Of a stretch of DNA of 64,000 bases, positions 40,874 through 51,044 are shown piece after piece. This stretch comes from Rhodospirillaceae bacterium. GTDB lineage: Bacteria > Pseudomonadota > Alphaproteobacteria > UBA8366. Numbering within the stretch: position 1 is the first letter of the stretch; every line of letters begins with the position of its first letter. The DNA lies in NCBI GenBank assembly GCA_002716125.1, contig PAZH01000079.1, forward strand, positions 39,644 through 103,643, written 5' to 3'. Made by a program: the position numbers and the translations under genes. Under the pieces are notes generated by a model. That model saw only the letters and a program-made list of their open reading frames with translations, was not told where the DNA came from and searched no databases.

Positions 40874-41335
40874 ATGCGGTGTCCGTTTTGCGGCCATGAA
40901 GACACGCAGGTGAAGGATTCTCGCCCCACCGAGGATAATACGGCCATTCGCCGTCGCCGGTTCTGCCCTCATTGCAGCGCCCGATTCACCACGTTCGAAC
41001 GAGTCCAATTGCGCGAGTTGACGGTTCTCAAGAAGAACAATCAACGGGAGCCCTTCGATCGCGACAAGCTGGCACGCTCTATGATGATTGCGTTGCGCAA
41101 ACGCCCCGTCGAACCCGGGCGGACGGAACGGGTGGTCAACGGGATCGTGCGGCGTCTCGAAAGCTCCGGCGAGAGCGAGATTAAGGTTGATGCGATCGGC
41201 GCACTCGTAATGGAGGCTTTGGCAACGCTCGACCAGGTCGCGTATGTCCGTTTCGCCTCGGTCTACCGCAATTTCCGCGAAGCAAAAGATTTTGAGGAGT
41301 TCATCACCGATGAACTCGCCGAAGAAGCCGACTGA
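40874..41335 (+). CDS. nrdR: transcriptional repressor NrdR
   Basis: ATG at 40874 follows AGGAGG. Zinc ribbon [17 protein letters not shown]...CPHC followed by an ATP-cone. Confidence 0.95.
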   Translation: MRCPFCGHEDTQVKDSRPTEDNTAIRRRRFCPHCSARFTTFERVQLRELTVLKKNNQREPFDRDKLARSMMIALRKRPVEPGRTERVVNGIVRRLESSGESEIKVDAIGALVMEALATLDQVAYVRFASVYRNFREAKDFEEFITDELAEEAD

Positions 41336-42437
41336 AGTGGTTGATCGGCGCCACATGCGCGTGGCGCTTACGCTGGCCCGGCGCGGACTCGGTAATGTGT
41401 GGCCCAATCCGGCGGTCGGTTGCGTTCTCGTGGGCGCCGATGGTTCGGTTGTCGGGCGCGGATGGACGCAGCCGGGCGGACGGCCGCATGCAGAGACGCA
41501 AGCCCTCGATCAAGCGGGTCCCAAAGCGAAGGGGAGCACCGCATACGTCACCTTGGAGCCATGCAGCCACCACGGGAAAACCCCGCCTTGCGCGGAAGCG
41601 CTAATCACGGCGGGCGTATCGCGAGGGGTGATCTCAATCGAAGATCCGGATGACCGGGTATCGGGGCGGGGAGCGACTTTACTTAGGGAAGCCGGAATCG
41701 ATGTCAATCTCGGTGTCTGTGCCGATGAGGCCGAGGCCGTGAATGCCGGCTTTCTCCTGCATCGAACGCAGGGGCGGCCTCTCGTGACGTTGAAGACGGC
41801 GAGTACGCTGGACGGCCGGATTGCGACCCATAGCGGCCAGAGCCAGTGGATTACCGGCGCGGCGGCGCGGCAACGCGGACACCTCATGCGGAAGACCCAT
41901 GACGCGATTGTCGTCGGTATCGGGACCGCCTTGGTGGACGATCCAGAGTTGACGTGCCGCTCTCCGGGTATGGCACAGGACAGTCCGGTTCGCGTCGTTG
42001 TCGATACGCGTCTCCAGTTGCCGTTGGAGAGCAAACTCGTACAGACGGCGAAGACCGTGCCGACGTGGATCGTTGTGTCATCGGAAACCACGACGGAGCG
42101 TCACAACGAGTATGCGGCGTTCGGTGTCGAATTCATCGAGGTCGCACCGGGCTCGGATCAGCATCCGGAAGCCCTCTCCGTATTGCAGGCGTTGGCGGCG
42201 CGCGGTTTGACACGTTTGCTGGTCGAAGGCGGTAGCGCGCTTTCGGCCGTCCTGCTCAGGGCGGGGCTCGTCGATCGTCTCGCCTGGTTCCGAGCGCCCG
42301 GCGCGATCGGCGGCGACGGCATACCGGTTTTTGCAGCCTACGGCGTGGATCAACTTTCGGATATGCGCAGGTTCGTCCTCGAAACTTCGGAGCGGGTCGG
42401 CAACGACACGCTGGAAACCTACCGCGCCGCGGATTAG
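41310..42437 (+). CDS. ribD: bifunctional riboflavin biosynthesis protein RibD (pyrimidine deaminase / uracil reductase)
   Basis: Deaminase zinc motifs HAE and [11 protein letters not shown], plus a C-terminal reductase domain. The start is ambiguous: ATG 41310 (overlaps nrdR), GTG 41337 or ATG 41355. Confidence 0.9.
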   Translation: MNSPKKPTEVVDRRHMRVALTLARRGLGNVWPNPAVGCVLVGADGSVVGRGWTQPGGRPHAETQALDQAGPKAKGSTAYVTLEPCSHHGKTPPCAEALITAGVSRGVISIEDPDDRVSGRGATLLREAGIDVNLGVCADEAEAVNAGFLLHRTQGRPLVTLKTASTLDGRIATHSGQSQWITGAAARQRGHLMRKTHDAIVVGIGTALVDDPELTCRSPGMAQDSPVRVVVDTRLQLPLESKLVQTAKTVPTWIVVSSETTTERHNEYAAFGVEFIEVAPGSDQHPEALSVLQALAARGLTRLLVEGGSALSAVLLRAGLVDRLAWFRAPGAIGGDGIPVFAAYGVDQLSDMRRFVLETSERVGNDTLETYRAAD

Positions 42438-42466
42438 GTTCGTCGCGAGCGCTGTTTGGAGAGCCA

Positions 42467-43060
42467 ATGTTTACTGGATTGATTACTGATGTCGGGCGTG
42501 TCCGGGCCGTTACGGGTGTGGGCGACCGCCGGATTGAGATTGAGACGTCATTTCCGATTGCGGAAATCGAGCTGGGCGCATCGATCGCCTGCTCGGGCGT
42601 GTGTCTGACCGCTATCGAGTTCGGCGACAATTGGTTTGCCGTGGAAGCATCCGAGGAGACAACGTCGAAAACGACGGTCGGCGATTGGCAGGCCGGCGAT
42701 GCCCTCAACCTGGAACGCTCGCTCCGGATCGGCGACGAGCTTGGCGGACACCTTGTGTTCGGACATGTGGACGGTGTCGCGGAAATCGCCGAACGGCGGA
42801 CGGATGGAGACAGTATTCGGTTCAGTATTTTGGCACCCAACGATTTGGCGCCTTATATCGCTTCGAAAGGCAGTGTCGCGTTGAGCGGTGTTTCCTTGAC
42901 GGTAAATGAAGTCGACGGGAACCGATTTGGGGTCAATATTATTCCGCATACGGCGGATGCGACGACCTTCGGAAAATTGTCGGCCGGCGACCGGGTCAAT
43001 CTTGAGGTCGATATGCTTGCCCGATATGTTGCGCGCCAATTAGAAGCTCGAAAGGGATAG
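42467..43060 (+). CDS. ribE: riboflavin synthase
   Basis: Canonical N-terminus MFTGLITDVG and two lumazine-binding repeats. 197 aa. Confidence 0.93.
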   Translation: MFTGLITDVGRVRAVTGVGDRRIEIETSFPIAEIELGASIACSGVCLTAIEFGDNWFAVEASEETTSKTTVGDWQAGDALNLERSLRIGDELGGHLVFGHVDGVAEIAERRTDGDSIRFSILAPNDLAPYIASKGSVALSGVSLTVNEVDGNRFGVNIIPHTADATTFGKLSAGDRVNLEVDMLARYVARQLEARKG

Positions 43061-43063
43061 AGG

Positions 43064-44239
43064 ATGTCCGACGAAACAGGAAATCTTGTCTCCATCAGCA
43101 AGCAGGACGTGCGCCGCGCACGCGAAGATTTGGATTTTCTCTCTTCGATCGAGGATATCATCGAGGAGGCGCGGAACGGGCGGATGTTTATCCTGGTCGA
43201 CGATGAAGAGCGGGAGAATGAAGGGGATCTGGTCATTCCCGCGCAAATGGCGACCCCGGACGTTATCAATTTCATGGCGACGCATGGACGCGGCTTGATC
43301 TGTCTCGCGCTGACCCAGCAACGCTGCGACCATCTCGGATTGAAATTAATGTCGCAGGCGAACGAATCACGACATTCGACGGCGTTCACCGTGTCCATCG
43401 AAGCACGAGAAGGCGTGACCACGGGAATTTCGGCGCCGGATCGCGCCCGAACAATTTCCGCGGCCATCGATCCCGCGAGCGTTGCGGACGATATTGTCTC
43501 GCCCGGCCATATCTTTCCTTTGACGGCCCGCGACGGCGGTGTTCTCGTCCGGGCCGGGCACACAGAGGCTTCGGTCGATATCGCCCGGTTGGCGGGGCTC
43601 AATCCATCCGGCGTGATCTGTGAGATCATGAACGACGACGGTACGATGTCGCGGCTGCCGGATCTCATCCAGTTCGCGCAATTCCATAACATGAAGATCG
43701 GTGCGATTGCGGACCTCATCGCCTACCGACGCCGCCACGACCGCACCATCGAACGGATCGCCGATACGACGTTGCGCAGCCGACATGGCGGCGACTTTAA
43801 GATGTATGTCTATGCCAACCGGGTCGAGTACGCGGAACATGTGGCGCTCGTTATGGGCGACGTTTCACGTGGCGGACCGGTCATGGTCCGAATGCACGCG
43901 ATGAATATTTTGGACGATGTGCTCGGGTCGATCGACAGCGGTAAGGAAGGCGATTTACAGGCGTCGATGGAATTGGTCGGCAAGGAAGGGCGCGGTGTCA
44001 TTGTGCTAATTCGCGAACCGCGGCTTAACTATCTTGCGGATATGGTGAAGGCCCACGCGTTGGGCCGGTCGCCCGATAAGAGCGCGCAGCGGCGCGAATT
44101 GCGGGACTATGGCGTTGGCGCGCAAATTCTCCTCGATCTCGGCGTTTCCGAGATGATTTTGCTGTCGGATACGGTGAAAACCATCGTCGGCATCGAAGGC
44201 TATGGATTGAAGGTCGTCGAACAGCGATCGATTAGGTGA
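43064..44239 (+). CDS. ribB: 3,4-dihydroxy-2-butanone-4-phosphate synthase fused to a degenerate GTP cyclohydrolase II-like domain (RibBA / RibBX type)
   Basis: The N-terminal DHBP synthase half is intact (DDEERENEGDLV, HTEAS). The C-terminal half aligns with RibA but lacks the Cys zinc ligands (see findings). Confidence 0.88.
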   Translation: MSDETGNLVSISKQDVRRAREDLDFLSSIEDIIEEARNGRMFILVDDEERENEGDLVIPAQMATPDVINFMATHGRGLICLALTQQRCDHLGLKLMSQANESRHSTAFTVSIEAREGVTTGISAPDRARTISAAIDPASVADDIVSPGHIFPLTARDGGVLVRAGHTEASVDIARLAGLNPSGVICEIMNDDGTMSRLPDLIQFAQFHNMKIGAIADLIAYRRRHDRTIERIADTTLRSRHGGDFKMYVYANRVEYAEHVALVMGDVSRGGPVMVRMHAMNILDDVLGSIDSGKEGDLQASMELVGKEGRGVIVLIREPRLNYLADMVKAHALGRSPDKSAQRRELRDYGVGAQILLDLGVSEMILLSDTVKTIVGIEGYGLKVVEQRSIR

Positions 44240-44246
44240 GCGGACC

Positions 44247-44708
44247 ATGAGCCAACCAAAGATAATGATCGTCGAAGCGCGGTTTTACGAAGACCTTGCA
44301 GATGAGATGGCCGAGGGGGCGATTGCGGCGATCGAAGCGCGCGGCGGCACATACGAACGTTTTGCAGTCCCGGGGGCGTTCGAGATTCCGGCGGCGATCA
44401 AATTTGCCGTTCGAAGCATGGATTTTGACGAGAGCCGCCGTCGGTTTGACGGTTATGTTGCCTTGGGCTGCGTCATCAGAGGGGAGACCACGCATTACGA
44501 TTATGTCTGCGGTGAGAGCGCGCGCGGGTTAACGGATCTGGCCAATCAATATACTCTCGCGATTGGTTACGGCATCCTCACGACGGAGAATCGCGAACAA
44601 GCGTGGGCCCGCGCGTCGAGGGATGCCGGCAACAAAGGGGCCGCTGCGGCGAACGCTTGTCTTGATATGATCGATCTCAAGAAGCATTTCGGCCTGTTCC
44701 CTCGATAA
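44247..44708 (+). CDS. ribH: 6,7-dimethyl-8-ribityllumazine synthase
   Basis: 153 aa. The VPGAFEIP and GCVIRGETTHYDYV motifs are typical of lumazine synthase. Confidence 0.93.
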   Translation: MSQPKIMIVEARFYEDLADEMAEGAIAAIEARGGTYERFAVPGAFEIPAAIKFAVRSMDFDESRRRFDGYVALGCVIRGETTHYDYVCGESARGLTDLANQYTLAIGYGILTTENREQAWARASRDAGNKGAAAANACLDMIDLKKHFGLFPR

Positions 44709-44709
44709 A

Positions 44710-45201
44710 ATGGCACGCAAAGGATCTCGGGGTGTCAGACGCCGCGGCGCACGGTTGGCCGCGGTCCAGGCCATGTATCAAATGGAGATTGCCGGCAAGT
44801 CGAGCGCCGAGGCAATCGAGGATTTCCGCCTTCGCCGGCTGAACGATACGGTCGACGGAGGGGACGGCATCACACCCGAGAATGTCGACGACGAGCTTTT
44901 CGTCGGTCTTGTGGATGGCGTGTCTGCATCCGTTTCCGCTTTGGACGCACAGATCGATCAAGCCATTTCCAAAGAGCGCAGCATCGAGAATGTCGAAGTG
45001 TTGCTCCGCCTCATATTACGTGCCGGTGCTTATGAGATAAGTAATCGCCCCGATATCGACGCCGCGCTGAGCATTAACGAGTATGTTGCCGTGGCGGAGG
45101 CGTTTTTTGGCGGCACGGAGCCGCGATTCGTAAACGGGGTCTTGGACCGTTTGGCGCAGGAGCTGACGCCGACGAAAGCACCGAGCGATGTCCAAGAATG
45201 A
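44710..45201 (+). CDS. nusB: transcription antitermination factor NusB
   Basis: RRGARLAAVQAMYQMEI N-terminus and the conserved position after ribH. Confidence 0.92.
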   Translation: MARKGSRGVRRRGARLAAVQAMYQMEIAGKSSAEAIEDFRLRRLNDTVDGGDGITPENVDDELFVGLVDGVSASVSALDAQIDQAISKERSIENVEVLLRLILRAGAYEISNRPDIDAALSINEYVAVAEAFFGGTEPRFVNGVLDRLAQELTPTKAPSDVQE

Positions 45202-46156
45202 GTTTGAACGGATAGAAACCTATTTTGCGCCGTTGACGGCAGGTTTCGACGGCGCCTTATCCTTAAAAGACGATGGCGCGGTTCTGGCGGTTGAAGCGGG
45301 CCGCGAATTGGTTGTGACGACCGATACGATCGTCGAGGGCGTCCACTATATCGGCGACGAGACGCCGGATTTGATCGCGCGCAAACTCTTACGTGTCAGC
45401 CTGTCCGATTTAGCGGCGATGGGGGCCGATCCGATTGCCTACACGCTCAATATCGCGCTGCCGCGCGGAACCGGGGATAACTGGCTCGAAGCGTTTGCGG
45501 GTGGATTGCGTGCGGATCAAGATGCGTTCGGGATCCATTTGGCGGGCGGCGATAGTGTCTCGACGCCAGGGGCCGCGGTGCTGACCGCGACGCTGTTTGG
45601 CTCGGTGCCGGCCGGGATGGCCGTCCGCCGCTCGGGTGCCTCTCCCGGCGATGTAATATTCGTCAGCGGCACGATGGGCGACTCGGCGTTCGGGCTCGCG
45701 GCGGCGCAGGGCGCCCTTTCCGCCGACAAGTCAGAAATGGACGCCTTAGAGGCGCGGTATCGTTTGCCGCTGCCGCGCGTCAACTTAGGGGCATGTTTAA
45801 GAGAAATCGCGACTGCCGCGGCCGACGTGTCGGATGGGTTGCTCGCGGACCTCGGTCATATCACCGAGGCCTCCGGTTGCGGTGCCGTGATCGAGTTGGA
45901 GAAAATACCGCTTTCACTGGCGGTTCGTCGCCTTGTGGACCAAGATGCCGGTCGATGGGGACAAGTTGTCACCGGGGGCGACGATTACGAAATCGTGTTC
46001 ACTGGCCGCAACGAAAGTCGTGTCACGGAATTTTCCGCTCGGCTAGGCTTGCCGATAACAGCGATCGGTCGGGTTACACCAGGAAAAGGCATCGAAGTTC
46101 GGAAATCGGACGGCGAACCAATTTCTTTCGCGGCGGCCGGTTATAAGCATGCTTAA
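45188..46156 (+). CDS. thiL: thiamine-monophosphate kinase
   Basis: AIR-synthase-like fold motifs (DDGAVL, TTDTIVEGVHY, LSDLAAMGA) and the conserved position after nusB. Confidence 0.9.
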   Translation: MSKNEFERIETYFAPLTAGFDGALSLKDDGAVLAVEAGRELVVTTDTIVEGVHYIGDETPDLIARKLLRVSLSDLAAMGADPIAYTLNIALPRGTGDNWLEAFAGGLRADQDAFGIHLAGGDSVSTPGAAVLTATLFGSVPAGMAVRRSGASPGDVIFVSGTMGDSAFGLAAAQGALSADKSEMDALEARYRLPLPRVNLGACLREIATAAADVSDGLLADLGHITEASGCGAVIELEKIPLSLAVRRLVDQDAGRWGQVVTGGDDYEIVFTGRNESRVTEFSARLGLPITAIGRVTPGKGIEVRKSDGEPISFAAAGYKHA

Positions 46157-46246
46157 GCCGTACGGCCGACGCACACGGCTCTTACCTTCCCCCTTTCTTC
46201 CTGTTACAAGGGGGCAGTATTGCTCGGGGGGATGGATCGGGAATAA

Positions 46247-46702
46247 ATGAACCGGATCGTCATTATAATCATTGCGGTGCTCGTCATTGCCGGTGCCGGC
46301 GGTGCGGTTTGGTATTTCTTTACCCAGGCTGATGCGCCGATCGAGGATCAAGAAGAAGAAAAAGCCTCGCTCGAAGAGCCTGAGTTTGTCGATATCGAGA
46401 ACCTCTCGATCCCGGTGATTCGCGAAGGTCGGGTTGATCGCTATATAACGATCAGCGTGAGCCTTGAGATGCGGGACCAGGATTCGAAAGAGCTCGGCGA
46501 CGAAGCATTTCCGCGCCTGAAAGACGCGGTATTCAGTCAGCTCTATTCATATTTCTCCATGCAGCAATCCGGTCAGTCGGGAATCAATATTGCGCAAGTG
46601 AAGGCGCGGCTGCTCTGGGCGGCCGAACGGGCCATCGGGAAAGGTCATGTCCGGCAAGTGATTATCCAAGGAGCTTACGAGCGAAAGGGCGAGTTTAAGT
46701 AA
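46247..46702 (+). CDS. FliL-like single-pass membrane protein
   Basis: N-terminal TM helix (IVIIIIAVLVIAGAGGAVWYFF), an acidic linker, then a FliL-like pattern (FVDIENLSIPVIREGRVDRYITISVSLEM...FPRLKDAVFSQL). It is not in a flagellar cluster. Confidence 0.45.
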   Translation: MNRIVIIIIAVLVIAGAGGAVWYFFTQADAPIEDQEEEKASLEEPEFVDIENLSIPVIREGRVDRYITISVSLEMRDQDSKELGDEAFPRLKDAVFSQLYSYFSMQQSGQSGINIAQVKARLLWAAERAIGKGHVRQVIIQGAYERKGEFK

Positions 46703-46904
46703 CGCCCGGAAATCGCAACCCGCTGCAGATTTTGGCAAGTCTAGTCGACCGCCTAATTGTCTACTCACAACATATTGCGCTTCGCGAACCGTTCTGGCAT
46801 CTTCCTGGCGGTTTTCAGTACCCACTACTGCCGAATTAACGGAATCAGTGGGTGTGAGAAAAGCAATTAGGATTGTCTCAGCAACATAACGGGGTGGATG
46901 AACG

Positions 46905-48974
46905 ATGTTACAGTTCGTCATCGCCTGTGGCGTTATCGCAGTGCTCTACGGAATTTTTGCCAGCCGCTCGATCTTGGCGGCAAGCGCGGGCACGGAACGC
47001 ATGCAGGAAATCGCGGGCGCCATTCAAGAAGGCGCAAAAGCATATTTAGACCGGCAATATCGCACGATCGGAATGGTTGGTATTGTCGTAGCGGTCATTT
47101 TGTTCTTCACGCTCGGCAGCCAAGCGGCCATCGGCTTTTTGATCGGTGCGATCCTCTCCGGCGCGGCCGGCTATGTGGGGATGTTGATCTCGGTTCGGGC
47201 CAATGTGCGCACGACCGAGGCCTCTCGTCAGGGATTGGCGCAAGGCTTGTCGATTTCCTTCAAATCCGGCGCTGTGACCGGAATGTTGGTGGCTGGCTTC
47301 GCGTTGTTGGCGATTTCGATCTATTACGGCGTTTTGAATGCGAACGGCTCTGACGACAAGCAGCTGATCAACGGCTTGATCGGTCTGGCCTTCGGTGCAT
47401 CGCTGATTTCGATCTTCGCTCGTCTCGGCGGCGGTATCTTCACGAAAGGTGCTGATGTCGGGGCGGACTTGGTCGGTAAGGTTGAAGCCGGTATTCCGGA
47501 AGATGATCCCCATAACCCGGCGGTGATTGCCGATAACGTTGGCGACAACGTTGGCGACTGTGCCGGTATGGCGGCCGATTTGTTCGAGACCTACGTCGTC
47601 ACTGTCGGTGCGACGATGGTTCTCGCGCTTATATACGGTATCAGCGGGATCGAGCTGAAAGAGTTCCTGATGTATCCGATGGCGATTTGCGGCGCCTGCT
47701 TGGTCGCGTCGATCGTTGCCACCTTCTTCGTGAAGGTTGGGGCCAGCGGAAATATCATGGGGGCGCTCTATAAGGGCTTCTTCGGCAGTGCCATTATTTC
47801 GGCAATTCTGCTTTGGCCGATCACCGACTACGTCCTCGGCATGGACACGAAAATGCAAATGGGCGGCTCGGAGTTCACCGGAACAGGCTTGTTCTGGTGC
47901 GGCATTATCGGACTCGTCCTGACAGGGCTGATCGTTTGGGTGACGGAGTACTACACCTCGACGGAATTCCGCCCCGTTCGTTCGGTTGCGAAAGCGTCCG
48001 AGACCGGCCACGGGACCAACGTTATTCAAGGCCTCGCGGTTTCGATGGAAGCAACGGCAATTCCTGCTGTTTTGATCTGTATCTCCATCGTTATGACCTA
48101 CCAGATCGCTGGCCTGATCGGCATCGCGATTGCCGTTACCACGATGCTGGCCTTGGCCGGTATGGTGGTTGCGCTCGATGCGTATGGTCCGGTTACGGAT
48201 AATGCCGGTGGTATCGCTGAAATGGCCGAACTCGACGACAGTGTCCGCAATACGACGGACGCGTTGGACGCGGTCGGCAATACGACAAAGGCTGTGACCA
48301 AAGGTTACGCGATCGGTTCCGCCGGTCTTGGCGCCTTGGTGCTTTTCGCAGCGTATACGGCGGATCTCGAACGGTTCTTCAAAGGCGTCGAGGTGAATTT
48401 TGGTCTCGATAATCCGTATGTCGTCATCGGCCTGTTCATGGGCGGTTTGCTGCCGTACCTGTTCGGTGCGATGGGCATGACAGCAGTCGGACGCGCCGGT
48501 GGTGCCGTCGTCGTCGAAGTGCGCCGGCAATTCAAGGATATCCCGGGCATAATGGAAGGCACGAGCAAGCCGGAATACGGTACGTGCGTCGATATGCTGA
48601 CCAAATATGCGATCCGGGAGATGATTATCCCCTAGATGCTACCGGTGCTCAGTCCATTGGTATTGTACGCGATTGTTGTCGCGGTGGCGGATCAAGGGGC
48701 GGCCTTTGCTGCCGTCGGAGCGATGTTGCTCGGTGTTATTGTGACGGGCTTGTTCGTTGCGATTTCCATGACGGCCGGTGGCGGTGCTTGGGATAACGCT
48801 AAGAAATACATCGAAGACGGTCAGCACGGCGGTAAGGGCTCGGATGCCCACCACGCCGCGGTGACCGGCGACACGGTTGGCGATCCTTACAAGGATACGG
48901 CAGGACCGGCCGTCAACCCGATGATTAAGATCACGAATATCGTGGCTTTGCTATTGCTGGCGATGCTGGCATAG
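46905..48974 (+). pseudogene. hppA: H+-translocating (K+-insensitive type) pyrophosphatase hppA, interrupted by one in-frame TAG at 48633-48635
   Basis: A 576-aa ORF (46905-48635) and a 112-aa ORF (48636-48974) lie in the same frame and together read as a full-length membrane PPase. Conserved motifs are present in both parts: [19 protein letters not shown] in the first, [12 protein letters not shown] and [10 protein letters not shown] in the second. There is no other lesion. Whether it is a true pseudogene, a split gene or a sequencing error is open. Confidence 0.8.
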
Positions 48975-48999
48975 GCAAAACCGTTGAACGGTAAATTTA

Positions 49000-49036
49000 A
49001 ACCCCCGGGAATTTCTTCTCGGGGGTTTTTCTTTTC
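49000..49036. terminator. bidirectional intrinsic terminator between hppA and bamE
   Basis: The hairpin aacccccggga / tctcgggggtt (one G-U pair) is followed by TTTCTTTTC on the plus strand and by TTTAAATTT on the minus strand. Confidence 0.7.
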
Positions 49037-49045
49037 GGGATCGGT

Positions 49046-49492
49046 TTAGTAAGAGGCCGGTCTGTTAAATCGACCGAGGTTGCCGATGATTTGCTCGATG
49101 ACACCCAATTCGCGGCCGGATGTTGGGGTTTCTCGGCCCACCATCTCGACCTCACGGCCGTCTTGCTTGCTGTAGTTCTGGATGTATTCGATCTTGCCTT
49201 GCTTATCGAAATATATCGCGACAACTTTTTGCTCGATGATGGATTCCCGCAGGAAGGCCCATTGCTCGACCCGCCGTCCAATATAGTACCAAACCTCTTT
49301 GTCGAAGGTACCGATGGTGGATGGCGTTCCCAATACGTTGCGGACGTAGTCCTTTGAGTGCTTGCCGACTTCGAGTTTCTCAAGTTGGCTCGGCGGAGGA
49401 ATGTGCCCGCGATTCGCCGACCTTGGCGCGCAGGCAGCACTGATTATCAGAGTGCCGGCCAATACGGTGACGAGAGCAAGTGACTTTCGCAT
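49046..49492 (-). CDS. bamE: outer membrane protein assembly factor BamE (SmpA/OmlA lipoprotein)
   Basis: Signal peptide with a lipobox (LIISAAC) and the BamE core (GKHSKDYVRNVLGTPS....VWYYI). Confidence 0.85.
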   Translation of the reverse strand: MRKSLALVTVLAGTLIISAACAPRSANRGHIPPPSQLEKLEVGKHSKDYVRNVLGTPSTIGTFDKEVWYYIGRRVEQWAFLRESIIEQKVVAIYFDKQGKIEYIQNYSKQDGREVEMVGRETPTSGRELGVIEQIIGNLGRFNRPASY

Positions 49493-49653
49493 ATGAGCGC
49501 GATCCAGTTCCGTAATACGTTTGCGTTCGAGATTGGCTTATTATACCAAAGCCGCCCCGTTTTGACAGTTGCACGGTGTGCGGCTTGCCTTTAGACCCTA
49601 ACACCTGCGCAATTCTTAGATAAGAATTCTCATCGCATCGCGGGCCTCGAAAA

Positions 49654-50211
49654 ATGATCTCTCTATTTAGACGAAATTCGACAGACACAACGGCAGCCGC
49701 ACGCGCACTCTATGCGACGATCGTCGATCAGTCTCGCCAGCCCGGATTTTTTACCTCATGGGGCATTCCGGATACGCCAAATGGGCGTTTCGAGGTTCTG
49801 GTGCTCCATGTCTTCTTAGTCATGCACAGAATGCGGGACGATGCCGATTGCGCGAAACTCGCGCGAAGCCTTTCGGAGCAAGCCGTATTGGATATAGATC
49901 GGAATCTGCGCGAAATGGGCGTCGGCGATCTCTCCGTTGGGCGGAAGGTCAAATCACTGACGGAAGGCCTGTACGGCCGATTGGGTGTATATGCCGAGGG
50001 CATCGAGCGTGCGAACGGCGGCCTCGACGCAGAGCTCCGCCGAAATTTGTTTTCGGAAGGGCAAGCCTTGGACGCGAGCGTTCAGGCTGCTGAATCTTAT
50101 ATGAGGCGAGAGACCGAGGCCTTAAAAACGTGCGATACGGCAGACTTGCTGGCCGGACGTGTCAGATTCGGCGCGGGGCCAGCAGAGGGTATTGAAAATG
50201 GCGGAAAATAA
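49654..50211 (+). CDS. ubiquinol-cytochrome c chaperone (Cbp3-like) family protein
   Basis: The pattern LYATIVDQSRQPGFF...IPDT..GRFEVLVLHVFLVMHRM is typical of this family in Alphaproteobacteria. Confidence 0.75.
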   Translation: MISLFRRNSTDTTAAARALYATIVDQSRQPGFFTSWGIPDTPNGRFEVLVLHVFLVMHRMRDDADCAKLARSLSEQAVLDIDRNLREMGVGDLSVGRKVKSLTEGLYGRLGVYAEGIERANGGLDAELRRNLFSEGQALDASVQAAESYMRRETEALKTCDTADLLAGRVRFGAGPAEGIENGGK

Positions 50212-50737
50212 CGGCGTAGAGTTTTCCCGGCCGCAGCCGATTGACGAGATTGGCCGCGATGGGCTGCGTGTAAAATTGACAGCGGATTCTTCCGAATGCG
50301 CGGCGCTTGCCAAAAGGTTCGATATTATCGGCGTCTCCGGTCTCAAAGCGGAACTGCTGCTCCGGCAAGTCCGCGGCGGCGATATTATCGCCGTAGCTGG
50401 AACGTTAGAGGCTGAAGTTGAGCAAGAATGCGTCGTATCGTTGGAACCGGTCGCGTCAAAGATATCGGAGACAATCGATGAGCGGTTCGCGCGGAATGCC
50501 GAAATTGCGGACGAAATCTTGGTTTCCGTGGACGAACCTGAAGAAATTGATGATCTCGTCGTCGGAGATGAGATTGATCTAGGGGAAATGCTGGCGCAAT
50601 GCTTGTACTTGGCGTTGGACCCATATCCGCGGAAAGAAGGCGTTGAGATCAGCGAAAGTGTAGAAGCCGCGTCGCAGGATGTTGCTTCAAACCCGTTTTC
50701 GGTTCTTGAAAACCTTAAGACAAAAGAAAAACATTAG
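50198..50737 (+). CDS. YceD/DUF177 family protein
   Basis: The ATG at 50198 overlaps the upstream gene by 14 nt. It is an acidic protein in the conserved position immediately upstream of rpmF, with an EAELLLRQVRGGDIIAVAGTLEAEVEQECVVSLEP pattern. Confidence 0.8.
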   Translation: MAENNGVEFSRPQPIDEIGRDGLRVKLTADSSECAALAKRFDIIGVSGLKAELLLRQVRGGDIIAVAGTLEAEVEQECVVSLEPVASKISETIDERFARNAEIADEILVSVDEPEEIDDLVVGDEIDLGEMLAQCLYLALDPYPRKEGVEISESVEAASQDVASNPFSVLENLKTKEKH

Positions 50738-50828
50738 TGGGCAACAGCGGCTTGCCGTACCGGCTAAATTTGGCTATGAAGGCGCGAATTTGCCGCTAGG
50801 CATCCGAAATTTCGAGAGAATTTGATCG

Positions 50829-51011
50829 ATGGCCGTACCGAAGAAAAAGGTATCAAAGTCGCGACGGAATAAGCGTCGCGCGCACGATTCGTTGAAAACG
50901 ATGAGCTACACCGAATGCCCCAATTGCGGAGAATTGAAGCGGCCCCACCACGTTTGCGGGGCTTGCGGGTATTATGACGGCCGTGAGGTTGTCGAAGCCG
51001 CCGCAATCTGA
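50829..51011 (+). CDS. rpmF: 50S ribosomal protein L32
   Basis: [20 protein letters not shown]-terminus and a CPNCG...CGACG zinc ribbon. Confidence 0.95.
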   Translation: MAVPKKKVSKSRRNKRRAHDSLKTMSYTECPNCGELKRPHHVCGACGYYDGREVVEAAAI

Positions 51012-51044
51012 TTCAATTCACTTTTGCATTTGGGCGATCGCATT

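Noticed and set aside
40849-44246. I looked for an FMN riboswitch or other leader RNA within the nrdR-rib operon
   Set aside because: The intergenic gaps are only 3-30 nt, and the region upstream of nrdR is 25 nt. There is no room for a riboswitch aptamer.
47046-48530. 494-aa minus-strand ORF antisense to hppA
   Set aside because: The plus strand encodes an unmistakable membrane pyrophosphatase. The antisense product is Arg/Asp/Gly-rich low complexity with no motifs.
48633-48635. The TAG in hppA as programmed recoding (pyrrolysine or similar)
   Set aside because: Nothing in the window supports a recoding system, and I know of no such system in this lineage. Mutation, sequencing error or a split gene are simpler explanations, so the observation is reported only as an unexplained in-frame stop.
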